A DNA stretch of 64,000 nt from an uncultured Candidatus Saccharibacteria bacterium (GTDB lineage Bacteria; Patescibacteriota; Minisyncoccia; UBA6257; 1-14-0-10-44-23), in the NCBI GenBank assembly GCA_964549935.1, contig CAZJVT010000003.1, positions 159,501 to 223,500 on the forward strand, given 5' to 3'. The translations under genes were made by a program, and so were the position numbers. Shown here piece after piece: positions 42,135 to 51,914 of the stretch (position 1 is its first letter; each line of letters opens with the position of its first letter). The notes beneath the pieces are model-generated. The model did not search any database. It saw nothing but the letters and a program-made list of their open reading frames with translations, and had not been told where the DNA came from.

Positions 42135-45062
42135 TCATCGCGCCATGCTGAGCTGAAGCCCGCCGATCGCAGCGTCCAGGTCGTCGGTATTAGCCGGCAT
42201 GGGAAGGTGGCCGGGCGGGGCCTTGACGCCCGCCATGATCTGGCTCATGGGCGGGATCTGCGGGATGTCGGCAAGGCGTCCGGCTTGCTGCAGGCTCGCC
42301 TTCAGCTGCTCGTGGTTCTGCCTCAGCCGCGCGGGGAGCTGGGTGCAGCGGAGGTCGGCATCGATCCGGCTGACCGCGATCTTGAGCGCGCGCATCGAGC
42401 CGACGACGTAGCAGCGCTGCTTGCCCCGGCTGATGCCGGTGCGAAGGATCGTCCGCTGCAGCAGCGGGTAGTGGCAGGTGTGGAGGGGGATGATGCAGAC
42501 CGGATACTCGGCGCCCTGGCTCTTGTGCAGGCTGATGGCGTTGGCCTGCTCGAGCATCGAGAGGTCCTTCTTGCGATAGCGGACCAGGCCCGAGTCGCCG
42601 TAGTCGACCTCCAGGCCGTATGCGACTTCCTGCCCCATCCCGTTGGGGCTGGTGAAGACGCGGGTGATGAGCCCGACCTCGCCGTTGGCGACGATGCGAT
42701 CCTGCTCGATCTCGAAGCCGTCGAGCATCTCGTAGGCGACCTGCTCGTCCGCGGTGAGCCGCCGGCTCTGGTTCAGTTTTTCGCGGATGCCGGAAAGCAG
42801 CTTCTGGACTTCGCTGTGGTACTTCCAGTTCTCGACGTGGATGACCTTGTCCTGGCGGGAAAAGGTGAGACCTTCGCGCTTGTCGTCGCAGATGTAGGAA
42901 TGGACCGCGTTCAGGTTGATCGGATTGAGGATCTCCTTCAGCGAGATGTTCATCTGGTCGACGCCGATCTTGTTGGCGTAGCCCGGCGACAGGACCTGGA
43001 TGTCCTGCATGGGGTCGTATCCGAGCTGCGGCAGGTCGCGGCTGACCAGGTCGACGACGGCGTCGTGGATCTGCTCCGGATCGTTGATCTCGATGAAGTT
43101 GAACTCGAAGCCGGTTGAGTCCTCGATGCGGCCGATCTGGCGCCCGGGCACCTTGCCTTCGTCGATGGCCTCGACGGCGATCGGAATGCCGGAGCCCTTC
43201 TTCTGGCGATGGATCTTGGTGAGGTGGGCGATGGGAACCGTCCTCGAGTCGATCAGGTCGGCAAGGATCCGTCCTGCACCGACCGAGGGGATCTGCTTGT
43301 GGTCGCCGACGATGATGAGGCGCGTCCGCCGGAAATCGATGGCGCGCAGGGTCGAGAGGAACAGCTTGGCGGCATAGAGGCTCGCCTCGTCGATCACGAC
43401 GACGTCGACGTCCAGCGGATTGTTCTGGTTGTAGGTGAAGCCGCCGCTGCGGCTGAGGTCGTCGTCGGCGTCGCCGAGAGAGCTCGGAACCGCCGCGCTG
43501 CGGTCGCTGTCGGCCTGCGTATAGGGCGTCCAGGCAAGGCCGCGATGGGCAGTGAAGGCAGGAAGGCCGATGCTCTGCGTCATTCGCTTGGCTGCGTTCG
43601 CGGTCGGGGAGATCGGCAGGACCATGGTCCGGCCGGTCTCCGCCAGGGCCTTGATGACCAGGTTGAGGATGGTCGTCTTGCCTCGGCCGGGGCCGCCGGT
43701 GAGGACGGAGACGCGGCTGTTGAGGATGGTGCGCAGCGCCTCGGTCTGGCTCTCGTCCGGGATGAACCCGTCGGCGATCGCCTCGGTCAGGACCTTGCGG
43801 AGACCCTTCCCGATGGCATCGACGTACTGGGCTCGATCGTCGAGGGCGCCTTCGGCCTCGAACATGCCGGCGATCAGCCTCTGGGCGATCTCCTTCTCCA
43901 TCTCGAGCGACGCGTGGGTCCGGACGAGCTTCGGCTCGACCTCGCCCGAGTAGGCGAGGCGGCCGGACTTGACCAGGTCGATCATGCGGGTCTTAACGGA
44001 CTGGCCGTCGAGATCGAGGATCTTCGTGGCGTTCACGATCAGCTGGTGCGCCGGCAGGCCGCAATGCCCCTCCGTCTCCGCTTCGTACAGGGCATGCTTG
44101 ATGCCGGCGGTGATGCGACCCTCGTGGCTGGGATCGATCTTCATGCGCTTGCCGATGTCGTCGGCCTTGAGGAAGCCGATGCCCTGGATCTCGAAGGCGA
44201 GGGCCCAGGGATCGCTCTCGACCTGGTGGCGGCTCTTCGCGCCGTAGCGCTCGACGATCTTGTCGATGGTGCGGGCACCGAGGCCGAGGCCGGAAAGAAA
44301 CATCCGGACATTCTGGAGAGGGTTGTCGAGGTTCCTGGTGTAGCTCTCGACGATGGCGCGGGCTTGCCGCTCGCCGATGCCGGCGCGGACGAGCTCTACC
44401 GGATCCTTCAGGGCCTCGGGCAGCCGATCTCCGAAATAGGCGAAGAGCTTCTCCGCCGTTGCCGGACCGGTACCGGGGACGCCTCCGTTCGAGCCCCGTG
44501 ACAGCCACTTGACCACGCCTTCGACGCCGATCGGCGGAAGGATGCTGATGTCGGCCGCCTTCCAGCGACGGCCCCACTTGGGGTCGTCGTTCTCCTTGAG
44601 GTTGGCGGCCTGGTAACGATCGCCGGCGCCGACCGGCTGGTCGTCGCCCTTCTTCAGGAAGGCGGTGATGGTCTTGACCTGCCCGTCGCGGTTCCGGCCT
44701 TCGAACAGAAGCCAGCCGGAGTCGATGTTGCGCTTGATGACCCGGATGACCTCGCCATCCTCGAGATTGGACGGGGTTCGGGACCGGCGGCGCTCGGTCG
44801 ATTCCAGCCGCTGACCGTCCCCGGCTTCGCCGGCGCGGCCGGCGGCAGCGAGGCCGTCGTCGGCTCCGGCGCCAGAACCCTCCGTACCGTTGGCTGCAAG
44901 CCGGGCGAAACCACCGCGGCGAACCTGCGCCGCCGCCCCGGCCTGCTCGCCCTGGGCGGCGACCGTCTCGGAAACCTGGTCGGCGACGTCGTCGGTAACG
45001 TCGCGAGGTTCCTCGACCATCAACCTGCGGAAACCACGGCCTTCGCTGGCGGCGCTTGGCAT
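42135..45062 (-). CDS. RecD2-like SF1B DNA helicase (975 aa) with extended low-complexity N-terminus and SH3/OB-like N-domain
   Basis: Walker A GGPGRGKTT, DEAS box VVVIDEASLY, motif VI AISLHKSQGAEYP. Confidence 0.85.
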   Translation of the reverse strand: MPSAASEGRGFRRLMVEEPRDVTDDVADQVSETVAAQGEQAGAAAQVRRGGFARLAANGTEGSGAGADDGLAAAGRAGEAGDGQRLESTERRRSRTPSNLEDGEVIRVIKRNIDSGWLLFEGRNRDGQVKTITAFLKKGDDQPVGAGDRYQAANLKENDDPKWGRRWKAADISILPPIGVEGVVKWLSRGSNGGVPGTGPATAEKLFAYFGDRLPEALKDPVELVRAGIGERQARAIVESYTRNLDNPLQNVRMFLSGLGLGARTIDKIVERYGAKSRHQVESDPWALAFEIQGIGFLKADDIGKRMKIDPSHEGRITAGIKHALYEAETEGHCGLPAHQLIVNATKILDLDGQSVKTRMIDLVKSGRLAYSGEVEPKLVRTHASLEMEKEIAQRLIAGMFEAEGALDDRAQYVDAIGKGLRKVLTEAIADGFIPDESQTEALRTILNSRVSVLTGGPGRGKTTILNLVIKALAETGRTMVLPISPTANAAKRMTQSIGLPAFTAHRGLAWTPYTQADSDRSAAVPSSLGDADDDLSRSGGFTYNQNNPLDVDVVVIDEASLYAAKLFLSTLRAIDFRRTRLIIVGDHKQIPSVGAGRILADLIDSRTVPIAHLTKIHRQKKGSGIPIAVEAIDEGKVPGRQIGRIEDSTGFEFNFIEINDPEQIHDAVVDLVSRDLPQLGYDPMQDIQVLSPGYANKIGVDQMNISLKEILNPINLNAVHSYICDDKREGLTFSRQDKVIHVENWKYHSEVQKLLSGIREKLNQSRRLTADEQVAYEMLDGFEIEQDRIVANGEVGLITRVFTSPNGMGQEVAYGLEVDYGDSGLVRYRKKDLSMLEQANAISLHKSQGAEYPVCIIPLHTCHYPLLQRTILRTGISRGKQRCYVVGSMRALKIAVSRIDADLRCTQLPARLRQNHEQLKASLQQAGRLADIPQIPPMSQIMAGVKAPPGHLPMPANTDDLDAAIGGLQLSMAR

Positions 45063-45160
45063 CAGACCCTCCGGGGAGCGTCACGCCCCTATTCCGGGAT
45101 CGCGAACGCATGGTATCATAATGTGACTTCAAGATTATAGCGGACTGCGGAGAAAGCACG

Positions 45161-46054
45161 ATGTCGAAATTTCGGTTCCTGGCGACGCTGTCGCTCCTGG
45201 CGATCGCCATGCTCCCCGTGGCCGTCCGCGCCCAGCCCTCCCAGGGCGAAGCCATTCCCGCCGCCCTGGCTCCGCTTGCTCGGGACGGGGCCCGTCTTGC
45301 ACCGATCGGGAAGCTGGGAGGGCTCGATGGATGGCTCGCCAAGAAGGGCGACATGGTCCAGACGGTCTACCTGACACCGGACGGCAGGCACTACATCGCC
45401 GGCATCGGCTTCTCCCAGGATGGCCGAAACGCCACCGCCGAAAGCCTCGATGCCGCGATGAAGAAGGGGGATCTGGCCGCGCTCGGCATCGAGCCGAGGG
45501 CTACCTCCCAGGCGGCCCTGCCTCAGGTCCCGTCCCAGCAGTCGTCGGTGACGAAGACCGCAGGCGATGTGCGCATGCCCTCCCAGGCAGGCGACCAGAT
45601 CCTTGCCGCGATCGAGGCCGATGCCGCCCTGCCGCCCGAGAAGCGGGTGCTGACCTGGCTCAGCTTCGGCAGGGTCGGCGCGCCGGTCGTCTACATGGCG
45701 GCCGATCTCTCCTGTCCCTATTGCAAGCGCGCCTGGACCCAGCTCTCGCCCGAGGTGGATGCAGGGCGCATCGAGCTCCGCATCATCCCCGTCGCGCTGA
45801 TCTCGCCCGCCAGCAAGGGGCAGGCGATGGCTCTGTTCGACGCCGAGGATCCACGCAAGCTGTGGATCGACAACGTCAGGTCCAGCATCCCTCCGGCGCA
45901 GGTCGGCTCGGAAGCGGCGATGGCCGCGATCGAGGCGAACAACGCCTTCTTCGGTCAGTCCTTGAAGGGCACGCCGAGCTTCTGGCTGCGAAAGAGCGGA
46001 CGGCCACAGGCGGTGGCGGGCCTGCCGCACGACCTGGGCTCGATCCTGCCGTGA
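45161..46054 (+). CDS. DsbC/DsbG-like periplasmic thiol:disulfide isomerase (TrbB-like)
   Basis: Signal peptide; thioredoxin CPYC active site. Confidence 0.8.
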   Translation: MSKFRFLATLSLLAIAMLPVAVRAQPSQGEAIPAALAPLARDGARLAPIGKLGGLDGWLAKKGDMVQTVYLTPDGRHYIAGIGFSQDGRNATAESLDAAMKKGDLAALGIEPRATSQAALPQVPSQQSSVTKTAGDVRMPSQAGDQILAAIEADAALPPEKRVLTWLSFGRVGAPVVYMAADLSCPYCKRAWTQLSPEVDAGRIELRIIPVALISPASKGQAMALFDAEDPRKLWIDNVRSSIPPAQVGSEAAMAAIEANNAFFGQSLKGTPSFWLRKSGRPQAVAGLPHDLGSILP

Positions 46055-46434
46055 TGTGGATGAAGCCGACGACCGTGCGAAGGGCAATGGGACGACCGAC
46101 GCCGAATGTCCACCTCTCGATCGACTACGACGAAGACCCGAAGCGGCCGTCCTATCGGTCGGTGGTCGTCAGGGGTCCTGGCAGATTCGAAAGCCGCTAT
46201 GCCTCGAATGATCCGGTGACGGACTTCAGGAAGGGCCTGGTCCTCGCCCGGCGGAAGGCCCGGGTGGGCCGCTGCCGCCTGCTCGCCAGCTCGAGCCTCA
46301 CCCATTTCGTCTTCGACGTGCCGGGCTACCGGTTCGTCGGGCATCCCGTCTTCGGCGAGTTGCTCGCCAGGGACCCACGCGACGGACGGCGTCGCTTCAA
46401 GCCACGGAAAGGTCCATCCCATCATGAGCGCTGA
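46054..46434 (+). CDS. Small basic hypothetical protein (126 aa)
   Basis: ATG overlaps the upstream TGA (TGATG). Reading frame is the tail of ORF 45331..46434. Confidence 0.4.
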   Translation: MWMKPTTVRRAMGRPTPNVHLSIDYDEDPKRPSYRSVVVRGPGRFESRYASNDPVTDFRKGLVLARRKARVGRCRLLASSSLTHFVFDVPGYRFVGHPVFGELLARDPRDGRRRFKPRKGPSHHER

Positions 46435-47578
46435 GACGTCCCCGGCCGCGGCCCCGAAGCAGGCTTCGCTCTATTTCACCGATGGTCGGTCCGACAAGGA
46501 GTACCACGCGAAGCTCGAGACGTCGGGCGGCGGCTGGGTGGTGAACTTCGCCTATGGACGGCGAGGCGCGTCGCTGACCACCGGAACCAAGACGTCATCC
46601 CCCGTCTCCTACGAAAAGGCCCTCAAGGTCTTCGACGGCCTGGTGAAGGAAAAGACGGCGAAGGGCTATGTTCCCGATGAGGCCGGCCGGCCGTTCTCGG
46701 TCGGAGATGCGTCCGGACGGAAGTCCGATTTTCTGCCCCAGCTCTCGAATCCCATCGACATCGAGGGGCATGCCCTCGACGCGGTGATCGACGGCATGAT
46801 CGCATCCGACGAATGGTACGCCCAGCAGAAGCACGACGGCGTCCGGATGGCCATCGAGATCTTCGATGACGGCGCCCGCGGCATCAACCGCCGGGGGCTG
46901 TTCGTTGACCTCCCTCCGGCCGTCGCCGCGGCCTATGCGCTCCATCCGGTCGGCACGCTCGTCGACGGCGAGCTGGTCGGCGACGTCCATCATGCGTTCG
47001 ACGTCGTCAGGATCGGTGCCCGCTCCCTGATGGACCTGCCTTTCAGGAATCGCATCGTCGAGCTCGATCGGGCCCTGCGCCAGCATTCTGTCGACGACGC
47101 CGGCGCCGTCCGCTTCGTGCCCGCGATGTCCAGCTTCGCCGAGAAGCGCGAACTCCGCCGAAACGTCGAGGGGAGCAATGGCGAGGGTCTCGTCTTCAAG
47201 CGGGCCAGCGCGGTCTACCGACCCGGCCGGCCCGCGCGCGGCGGCGACTCGATCAAGCTCAAGTTCTGGGAGAGCGCGACCGTCCGCGTCGCCGGCGTCA
47301 ATGCCGGCAAGCGCTCCGTCTCCATGGAGATGCTCGACGGCAAGGGCTGGTCGACGGTCGGGAACGTAACTGTTCCGAGCAACCAGGAGATCCCGGCCGA
47401 AGGATCGTTGATCGAGGTCCGGTATCTCTACGCCATGCTGCCGAGCAAGGCGCTGTTCCAGCCCGTCCTCCTCGGATCTCGCGCGGACATGGAGCTCGCC
47501 GACTGCAGCGTCTCGCAGCTGAAGTTCAAGGCCGAGCCCGAGATCGCCTCCACATCCCTCGGTCCTTCCATGGGCTGA
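46424..47578 (+). CDS. ATP-dependent DNA ligase with N-terminal WGR domain
   Basis: WGR signature KEYHAKLETSGGGWVVNFAYGRRG. Ligase motif I QQKHDGVR (KxDG). OB-fold C-terminus. Confidence 0.85.
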   Translation: MSAETSPAAAPKQASLYFTDGRSDKEYHAKLETSGGGWVVNFAYGRRGASLTTGTKTSSPVSYEKALKVFDGLVKEKTAKGYVPDEAGRPFSVGDASGRKSDFLPQLSNPIDIEGHALDAVIDGMIASDEWYAQQKHDGVRMAIEIFDDGARGINRRGLFVDLPPAVAAAYALHPVGTLVDGELVGDVHHAFDVVRIGARSLMDLPFRNRIVELDRALRQHSVDDAGAVRFVPAMSSFAEKRELRRNVEGSNGEGLVFKRASAVYRPGRPARGGDSIKLKFWESATVRVAGVNAGKRSVSMEMLDGKGWSTVGNVTVPSNQEIPAEGSLIEVRYLYAMLPSKALFQPVLLGSRADMELADCSVSQLKFKAEPEIASTSLGPSMG

Positions 47579-47665
47579 TCGTTGACGCGGCTCGCCGGCA
47601 GGGATTTCATCTTCCTCCCTAAGTAGCAGAGGGCCGACGACGGCCCCAACCGGGAGGACGGAACC

Positions 47666-47860
47666 ATGGCGGCCAAGAAGACGACGGGCGGCAACAGGAA
47701 GACCCTGACGTCGAAGAACGATGTCGAGAAGAAGCCCATCGATACGGGTGGAAGTCCGAAGAAAGGGCGCCAGGTCGTGAAGACCAAGCCGAAGGCCGGG
47801 AGGAAGCCGATCGACGAACGGCCCAGGATGCCGCCCGGCAAGACGCTCCTGAAGGGCTAG
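47666..47860 (+). CDS. Small Lys-rich basic protein (64 aa), possible nucleic-acid-binding
   Basis: SD GGGAGG 8 nt before ATG. Confidence 0.45.
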   Translation: MAAKKTTGGNRKTLTSKNDVEKKPIDTGGSPKKGRQVVKTKPKAGRKPIDERPRMPPGKTLLKG

Positions 47861-48573
47861 GCTTTAAGCTGCCTGCGAAGCCTGACGCTGGGCATCGTCG
47901 CCTGCGTCAGCTTCCAGCCACTACCGCGGCGCTCGAAGAAGAGGGTGTCCTGACGCGATCCGGGTCCCTCGAATTCCGGGAACACCCGGGCATTGAACAA
48001 TTCCTCCGCCCAGCGCGGGGCCAGGCCGGAAGGCCAGTCGGGAATCGACTGAATGAGGCAGCAGCAGCCGGCCGCATCCTCGGTCACCCGCGCGTCATGG
48101 ATCTGGGTCAGCTTGCGGCCGACCGACTGGAAGATGCCCGTTTCCGCATCGTAGCTGAGGCCATGACCGTTGAGCGAGACCGTGATCGAGCCGTCGAAGG
48201 AGGCCGCCGACGTCTTCAGGAGCCCGGCGTCGACGAGGGCACGGAGCTTCACCACTTGCTGGGGACCTAGGTCGCCCAGGCCGGACATCTTGATCTTCAG
48301 GGGAAACCTGATCGGTTTTCCCATCGCGAGGGACAGCCGGATCTCCTTGAGCTCGCCGGCGGCTGCCAGCCGGACCGCATCGAGCTCGTCGCCCGCCACC
48401 GGCCGGCCTGCGGGAAGTCCTTCGAGGGTTCCGGATTTCTCATCTTCGGCGTTCGCGATCGCGCCGGCCCCCGACCTTGCGACGACCGGCGCGACCAGTG
48501 CGACCGATCCCACGATGCCGAGGGCGGAAAGCATGACCGATCTGCGGGTGAGCATCGTCATGTGGCGCCTCAT
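47857..48573 (-). CDS. Periplasmic hypothetical protein with Tat-like signal (MRRHMTMLTRRSVMLSALGIVGSVALVA); contains CCC motif
   Basis: ATGA overlap with recJ stop. Confidence 0.5.
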   Translation of the reverse strand: MRRHMTMLTRRSVMLSALGIVGSVALVAPVVARSGAGAIANAEDEKSGTLEGLPAGRPVAGDELDAVRLAAAGELKEIRLSLAMGKPIRFPLKIKMSGLGDLGPQQVVKLRALVDAGLLKTSAASFDGSITVSLNGHGLSYDAETGIFQSVGRKLTQIHDARVTEDAAGCCCLIQSIPDWPSGLAPRWAEELFNARVFPEFEGPGSRQDTLFFERRGSGWKLTQATMPSVRLRRQLKA

Positions 48574-50480
48574 GGTTCCGACGGCTCGTGCTTGGCGTAG
48601 GACTTCGCCTCGCCGGGTGCGCTTCGGCCCGGCTGCGAGCCGATCTCGAAGCTCGGCGAAGATTCGCGCGCGTCCTCGAGGAGCATCTCGACGTTGACGT
48701 AGCCGTTCCACTCGTTGACCCGGAGCTTGCCGGCGACGTCGAGACGACCGCCTTCGGCCGCGAGGAGAGCGTCTCCCAGGGGTGTGCCGACGGCTCCGAA
48801 GGCCATCGCCTTGGTCCTGGAGCGGCGGCCGTCGCCGCTGACCAGGTCGAGACGGATATGACGGTCCTTGAGCACCTTGACGGCGGAGACGGTGACGTTG
48901 GTGAGAGCGACCCTGGGTTCGGGGTTGCCCTGGCCGAAGGGCTCGAGGACCTTCATGTCCTCGAGATCGGCGACGTCGATCTCGCCGGGCGAGACCGCGA
49001 GGTCGATGGAGTAGGAGCGGGCATCTCCATGCTCGAAGACCGGGGCCGCGGCGTCCTCGAGATAGCGGGAGAGCTCGGGAAGCCGGTTACTTGCGATGCT
49101 CAGGCCGGCCGCCATCGGATGGCCGCCGCCATGGCTGAGGATGCCTTGCTGGCGAGCAGCGATCACGGCGCGGCCGAGATCGAAGCCGGTGACGCTCCGG
49201 GCGGATCCCTTCCATGAGGTGGCGGCGCCGTCGCTCGCACCGAGCACCAGTGCCGGACGGTCGTAGCGCTCCTTGAGGCGTGAGGCGACGACGCCGACGA
49301 TGCCCGGATGCCAGGACGGCTTGCCGACCACGAGGAAGGCGTCGCCGGCATGAGCCCACACCTCGTCGCCATTCGGTTCGCCGGCCGTACCGCCCGCCTC
49401 GATCGCCTGGACCGCCTCATCGAGGGTCTCGTCGCACAGGCGGCGACGCTCCTCGTTGATGCGATCGAGGGACTCGGCGATCGCCTTGGCCTCCGCCGGA
49501 TCGTCGGTGGTGAGAAGGCGAGATCCGAGGCCGCAGTCGTCGATGCGCCCGGACGCGTTGACCCGCGGCCCGAGAACGAAGCCCAGATGCCACGCCTTGA
49601 TCTCGGACTCTTCGACGTAGCGCAGAAGCGCGGCGATGCCGGCATTCTGGCGCCTTTCCATGACCTGCAGGCCGAGGGCGACGAGAGGTCGGTTGAAGCC
49701 GATCAGCGGCACGACATCGGCGACTGTGCCGAGCGCCACCAGGTCGAGGAGGGACGAGAGCCTCGGGCGATCGCGATTGGCGAAGACGCCGGCGTCGCCG
49801 AGGGCCTTGTCGAGCGCGACGCAGAACAGCCAGGCGATCCCGGCCGTACACATGTAGCCGTGGTCGCCGGCTTCCCTGGGCTGGTCCGGGCGGTTGGGAT
49901 TGACGATCGCTGTCGCGGGCGGCAGCGCGTGCTCGGCGACGTGGTGGTCGACCACGACGATATCGAGGCCGGCATCGGCTGCGGCGGCGAGGGGTGCATG
50001 GGCCGTGGTCCCGGAATCCAGGCAAAGGACCAGGTCGATGCCTTCGTTCTTGAGCTTGAGGAGGGCAGGGGCGTTCGGCCCGTAGCCTTCCTTCATGCGG
50101 TCGGGAATGTAGATGAGGGGTTCCGGCGCATCGGGGCATGCCATGCGCACGTAGCGCTGCACGATGGCGCTCGAGGTGGCTCCGTCGACGTCGTAGTCGC
50201 CGAAGAGGGCGATGCGCCCGCGCTTCGCGAGCAGGTCGGCAACGCGATCGACGGCCTTCCCCATGTCGATGAAGGAAAGCGGGTTCGGCATGCCTTGCAG
50301 GGTGTGCCTGAGGAAGCCCGGCCTGGCCTCGTCGTCGATGCCGCGCTGGCGCAGCACTTCGTCGAGGGTCCAGGCTCCGCGGCGTGCCGAGCCCGGAGCT
50401 TCCCGGAAACGCCATCCGAGGCCGCGGTAGGAGCGGTGGGGCTTCTTGTCGTCGGCTTGCGAAAGGGCGGCGGTGCTCAA
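48570..50480 (-). CDS. recJ: Single-stranded-DNA-specific 5'-3' exonuclease RecJ
   Basis: DHH motifs FGDYDVDGATS and VVDHH; DHHA1 GGGH. Start codon is TTG at the ORF edge. Confidence 0.9.
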   Translation of the reverse strand: MSTAALSQADDKKPHRSYRGLGWRFREAPGSARRGAWTLDEVLRQRGIDDEARPGFLRHTLQGMPNPLSFIDMGKAVDRVADLLAKRGRIALFGDYDVDGATSSAIVQRYVRMACPDAPEPLIYIPDRMKEGYGPNAPALLKLKNEGIDLVLCLDSGTTAHAPLAAAADAGLDIVVVDHHVAEHALPPATAIVNPNRPDQPREAGDHGYMCTAGIAWLFCVALDKALGDAGVFANRDRPRLSSLLDLVALGTVADVVPLIGFNRPLVALGLQVMERRQNAGIAALLRYVEESEIKAWHLGFVLGPRVNASGRIDDCGLGSRLLTTDDPAEAKAIAESLDRINEERRRLCDETLDEAVQAIEAGGTAGEPNGDEVWAHAGDAFLVVGKPSWHPGIVGVVASRLKERYDRPALVLGASDGAATSWKGSARSVTGFDLGRAVIAARQQGILSHGGGHPMAAGLSIASNRLPELSRYLEDAAAPVFEHGDARSYSIDLAVSPGEIDVADLEDMKVLEPFGQGNPEPRVALTNVTVSAVKVLKDRHIRLDLVSGDGRRSRTKAMAFGAVGTPLGDALLAAEGGRLDVAGKLRVNEWNGYVNVEMLLEDARESSPSFEIGSQPGRSAPGEAKSYAKHEPSEP

Positions 50481-50609
50481 CGGAAGATCCCGGTTCCGGT
50501 TCGTTCCGTTCGATGATACCGGCCGGGGGCGAAAGTTACAATCGTGTCGGCATCATGCTAAACATAACCCGCCGCGGGCGTGCTTGCCGGAACAGCCTGG
50601 ACCGGCAGC

Positions 50610-50870
50610 TCATTCTCTCGGCAGCTTGGGAAGCCTGCCTTCGGCCTCGGCGGGGACGGTCGATTGAACGACGACGTATCGGGCTCCGATGCGCCGCCTG
50701 GCGGTCGCGCGCCTGAGCAGCCGGGAGCGGACGATGCCGATGGCCCCGGTTTCGTCCGGAGACGACAGCCTGACGGTTCTATTCCATCCGCCTATGCGGC
50801 CATAGGTAAGGTCGATCGTATGGTGGCCGAACAGGTCCGGGGCAACCTCGACATTGTACCGGCGGGCCAT
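50610..50870 (-). CDS. Standalone WGR-domain protein (86 aa)
   Basis: HTIDLTYGRIGGWNRT WGR signature. Inner ATG verified at rc 50868-50870. Upstream part of ORF 50610..51434 looks non-coding. Confidence 0.6.
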   Translation of the reverse strand: MARRYNVEVAPDLFGHHTIDLTYGRIGGWNRTVRLSSPDETGAIGIVRSRLLRRATARRRIGARYVVVQSTVPAEAEGRLPKLPRE

Positions 50871-51029
50871 GTTTCGCTCGGTGTCGACGGCTTTCAGATC
50901 GATCGCGATGTCCAAGCCTGGCCTCCGTGAGAACAAACGGAGAATACCATGAGGATTCCAGGTCTCGCCAGAGTCCCCTCTATATGCAGGGTGCAAAAGA
51001 CCGTCTATATTGGTCCACCGCACAGAACG

Positions 51030-51521
51030 ATGGCGCATCCGGGGCGCCTCTTGATCTCGAACCAGACAAGATCCCTCGCAGAGCTCTTCGAGACCGTCCA
51101 CCGTCATATCTACGGCTGGGACGTCCGAGAGGGCTTGACCTGGTTCCAGTGGAGCTGCCTCCGGTACTTCGATCGCGTTGCGCCGGAGCAGCGCTCGATC
51201 GCGGGCTATCACAATGCCTTCCAGGTCGCGAGCTCCACGGCATCGCGAATGGTCAACGGACTGGCCAGCAAGGGCTATCTCAAGCTGACTCGCCCAAGCG
51301 GACCGAGGTCCTCCAAGGTCGAGCTGACCGCCCGCGGTCGTGACAAGCTGAAGAAAGATCCCCTGATCCCGCTGGGCAAGGAAATCGACAAGCTGCCGGA
51401 AACCCAGCGCAACGCGATACGCGCGGGGCTGCATACGCTGCTCAAGGCAGCGGTCCTGCTCGATGCGGGACTGGATATCGACGAGACCGCAATCGGGAAG
51501 AAGACCCGCGGCCGGAGATGA
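51030..51521 (+). CDS. MarR-family transcriptional regulator
   Basis: wHTH IAGYHNAFQVASSTASRMVNGLASKGYLKL. Confidence 0.75.
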   Translation: MAHPGRLLISNQTRSLAELFETVHRHIYGWDVREGLTWFQWSCLRYFDRVAPEQRSIAGYHNAFQVASSTASRMVNGLASKGYLKLTRPSGPRSSKVELTARGRDKLKKDPLIPLGKEIDKLPETQRNAIRAGLHTLLKAAVLLDAGLDIDETAIGKKTRGRR

Positions 51522-51530
51522 TCGTCCGCC

Positions 51531-51914
51531 TCAGGCGGCCAGGATCTCGTTGACCTTCTGGAGCAGCGCTTCGTTGGCGAAAGGCTTGTGGAGGACCGCG
51601 TCCGCTCCATACGCCTCCGCCAGCACCAGCGAGGAATGCGACGGCATGTGCGGCCGCCCCCCGGAGATCAGGAGGCAGCGCTGACCGGGCTTGTCCACCC
51701 TGATCCGCTTCATCATCTCGATCCCGTCAAGCTCGGGCATCCAGACGTCGGTGACGATCAGGTCGAAGCTCTGGGAAAGCGCCGCGGCGAGACCTTCCGC
51801 TCCGTTGGTTTCCAGCTGGACGTCGTAACCTGCCGAGGTCAGCTGGATGCGCAGCGACTCCCGGATGGCCGGCTTGTCGTCGACGACGAGGACCTTCTTG
51901 CGGCCCGCGCTCAT
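51531..51914 (-). CDS. Single-domain CheY-like response regulator receiver
   Basis: VLVVDDKPAIRESL ... DLIVTDVWMPELDG ... LISGG. ATGA-coupled to the kinase gene. It is the 3' end of the otherwise Arg-rich ORF 51531..54212. Confidence 0.85.
   Translation of the reverse strand: MSAGRKKVLVVDDKPAIRESLRIQLTSAGYDVQLETNGAEGLAAALSQSFDLIVTDVWMPELDGIEMMKRIRVDKPGQRCLLISGGRPHMPSHSSLVLAEAYGADAVLHKPFANEALLQKVNEILAA

Noticed and set aside
47621-47636. Small hairpin GGGCCG-ACGA-CGGCCC between the ligase and the small basic gene, as a possible terminator
   Set aside because: No downstream T-tract. More likely an RNA structural element or coincidence.
50481-50530. GTTC-rich direct repeats (GGTTCCGGTTCGTTCCGTTCG) upstream of recJ as a possible LexA box
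   Set aside because: No GTTC-N7-GTTC spacing can be fitted. Probably a simple repeat or promoter element.
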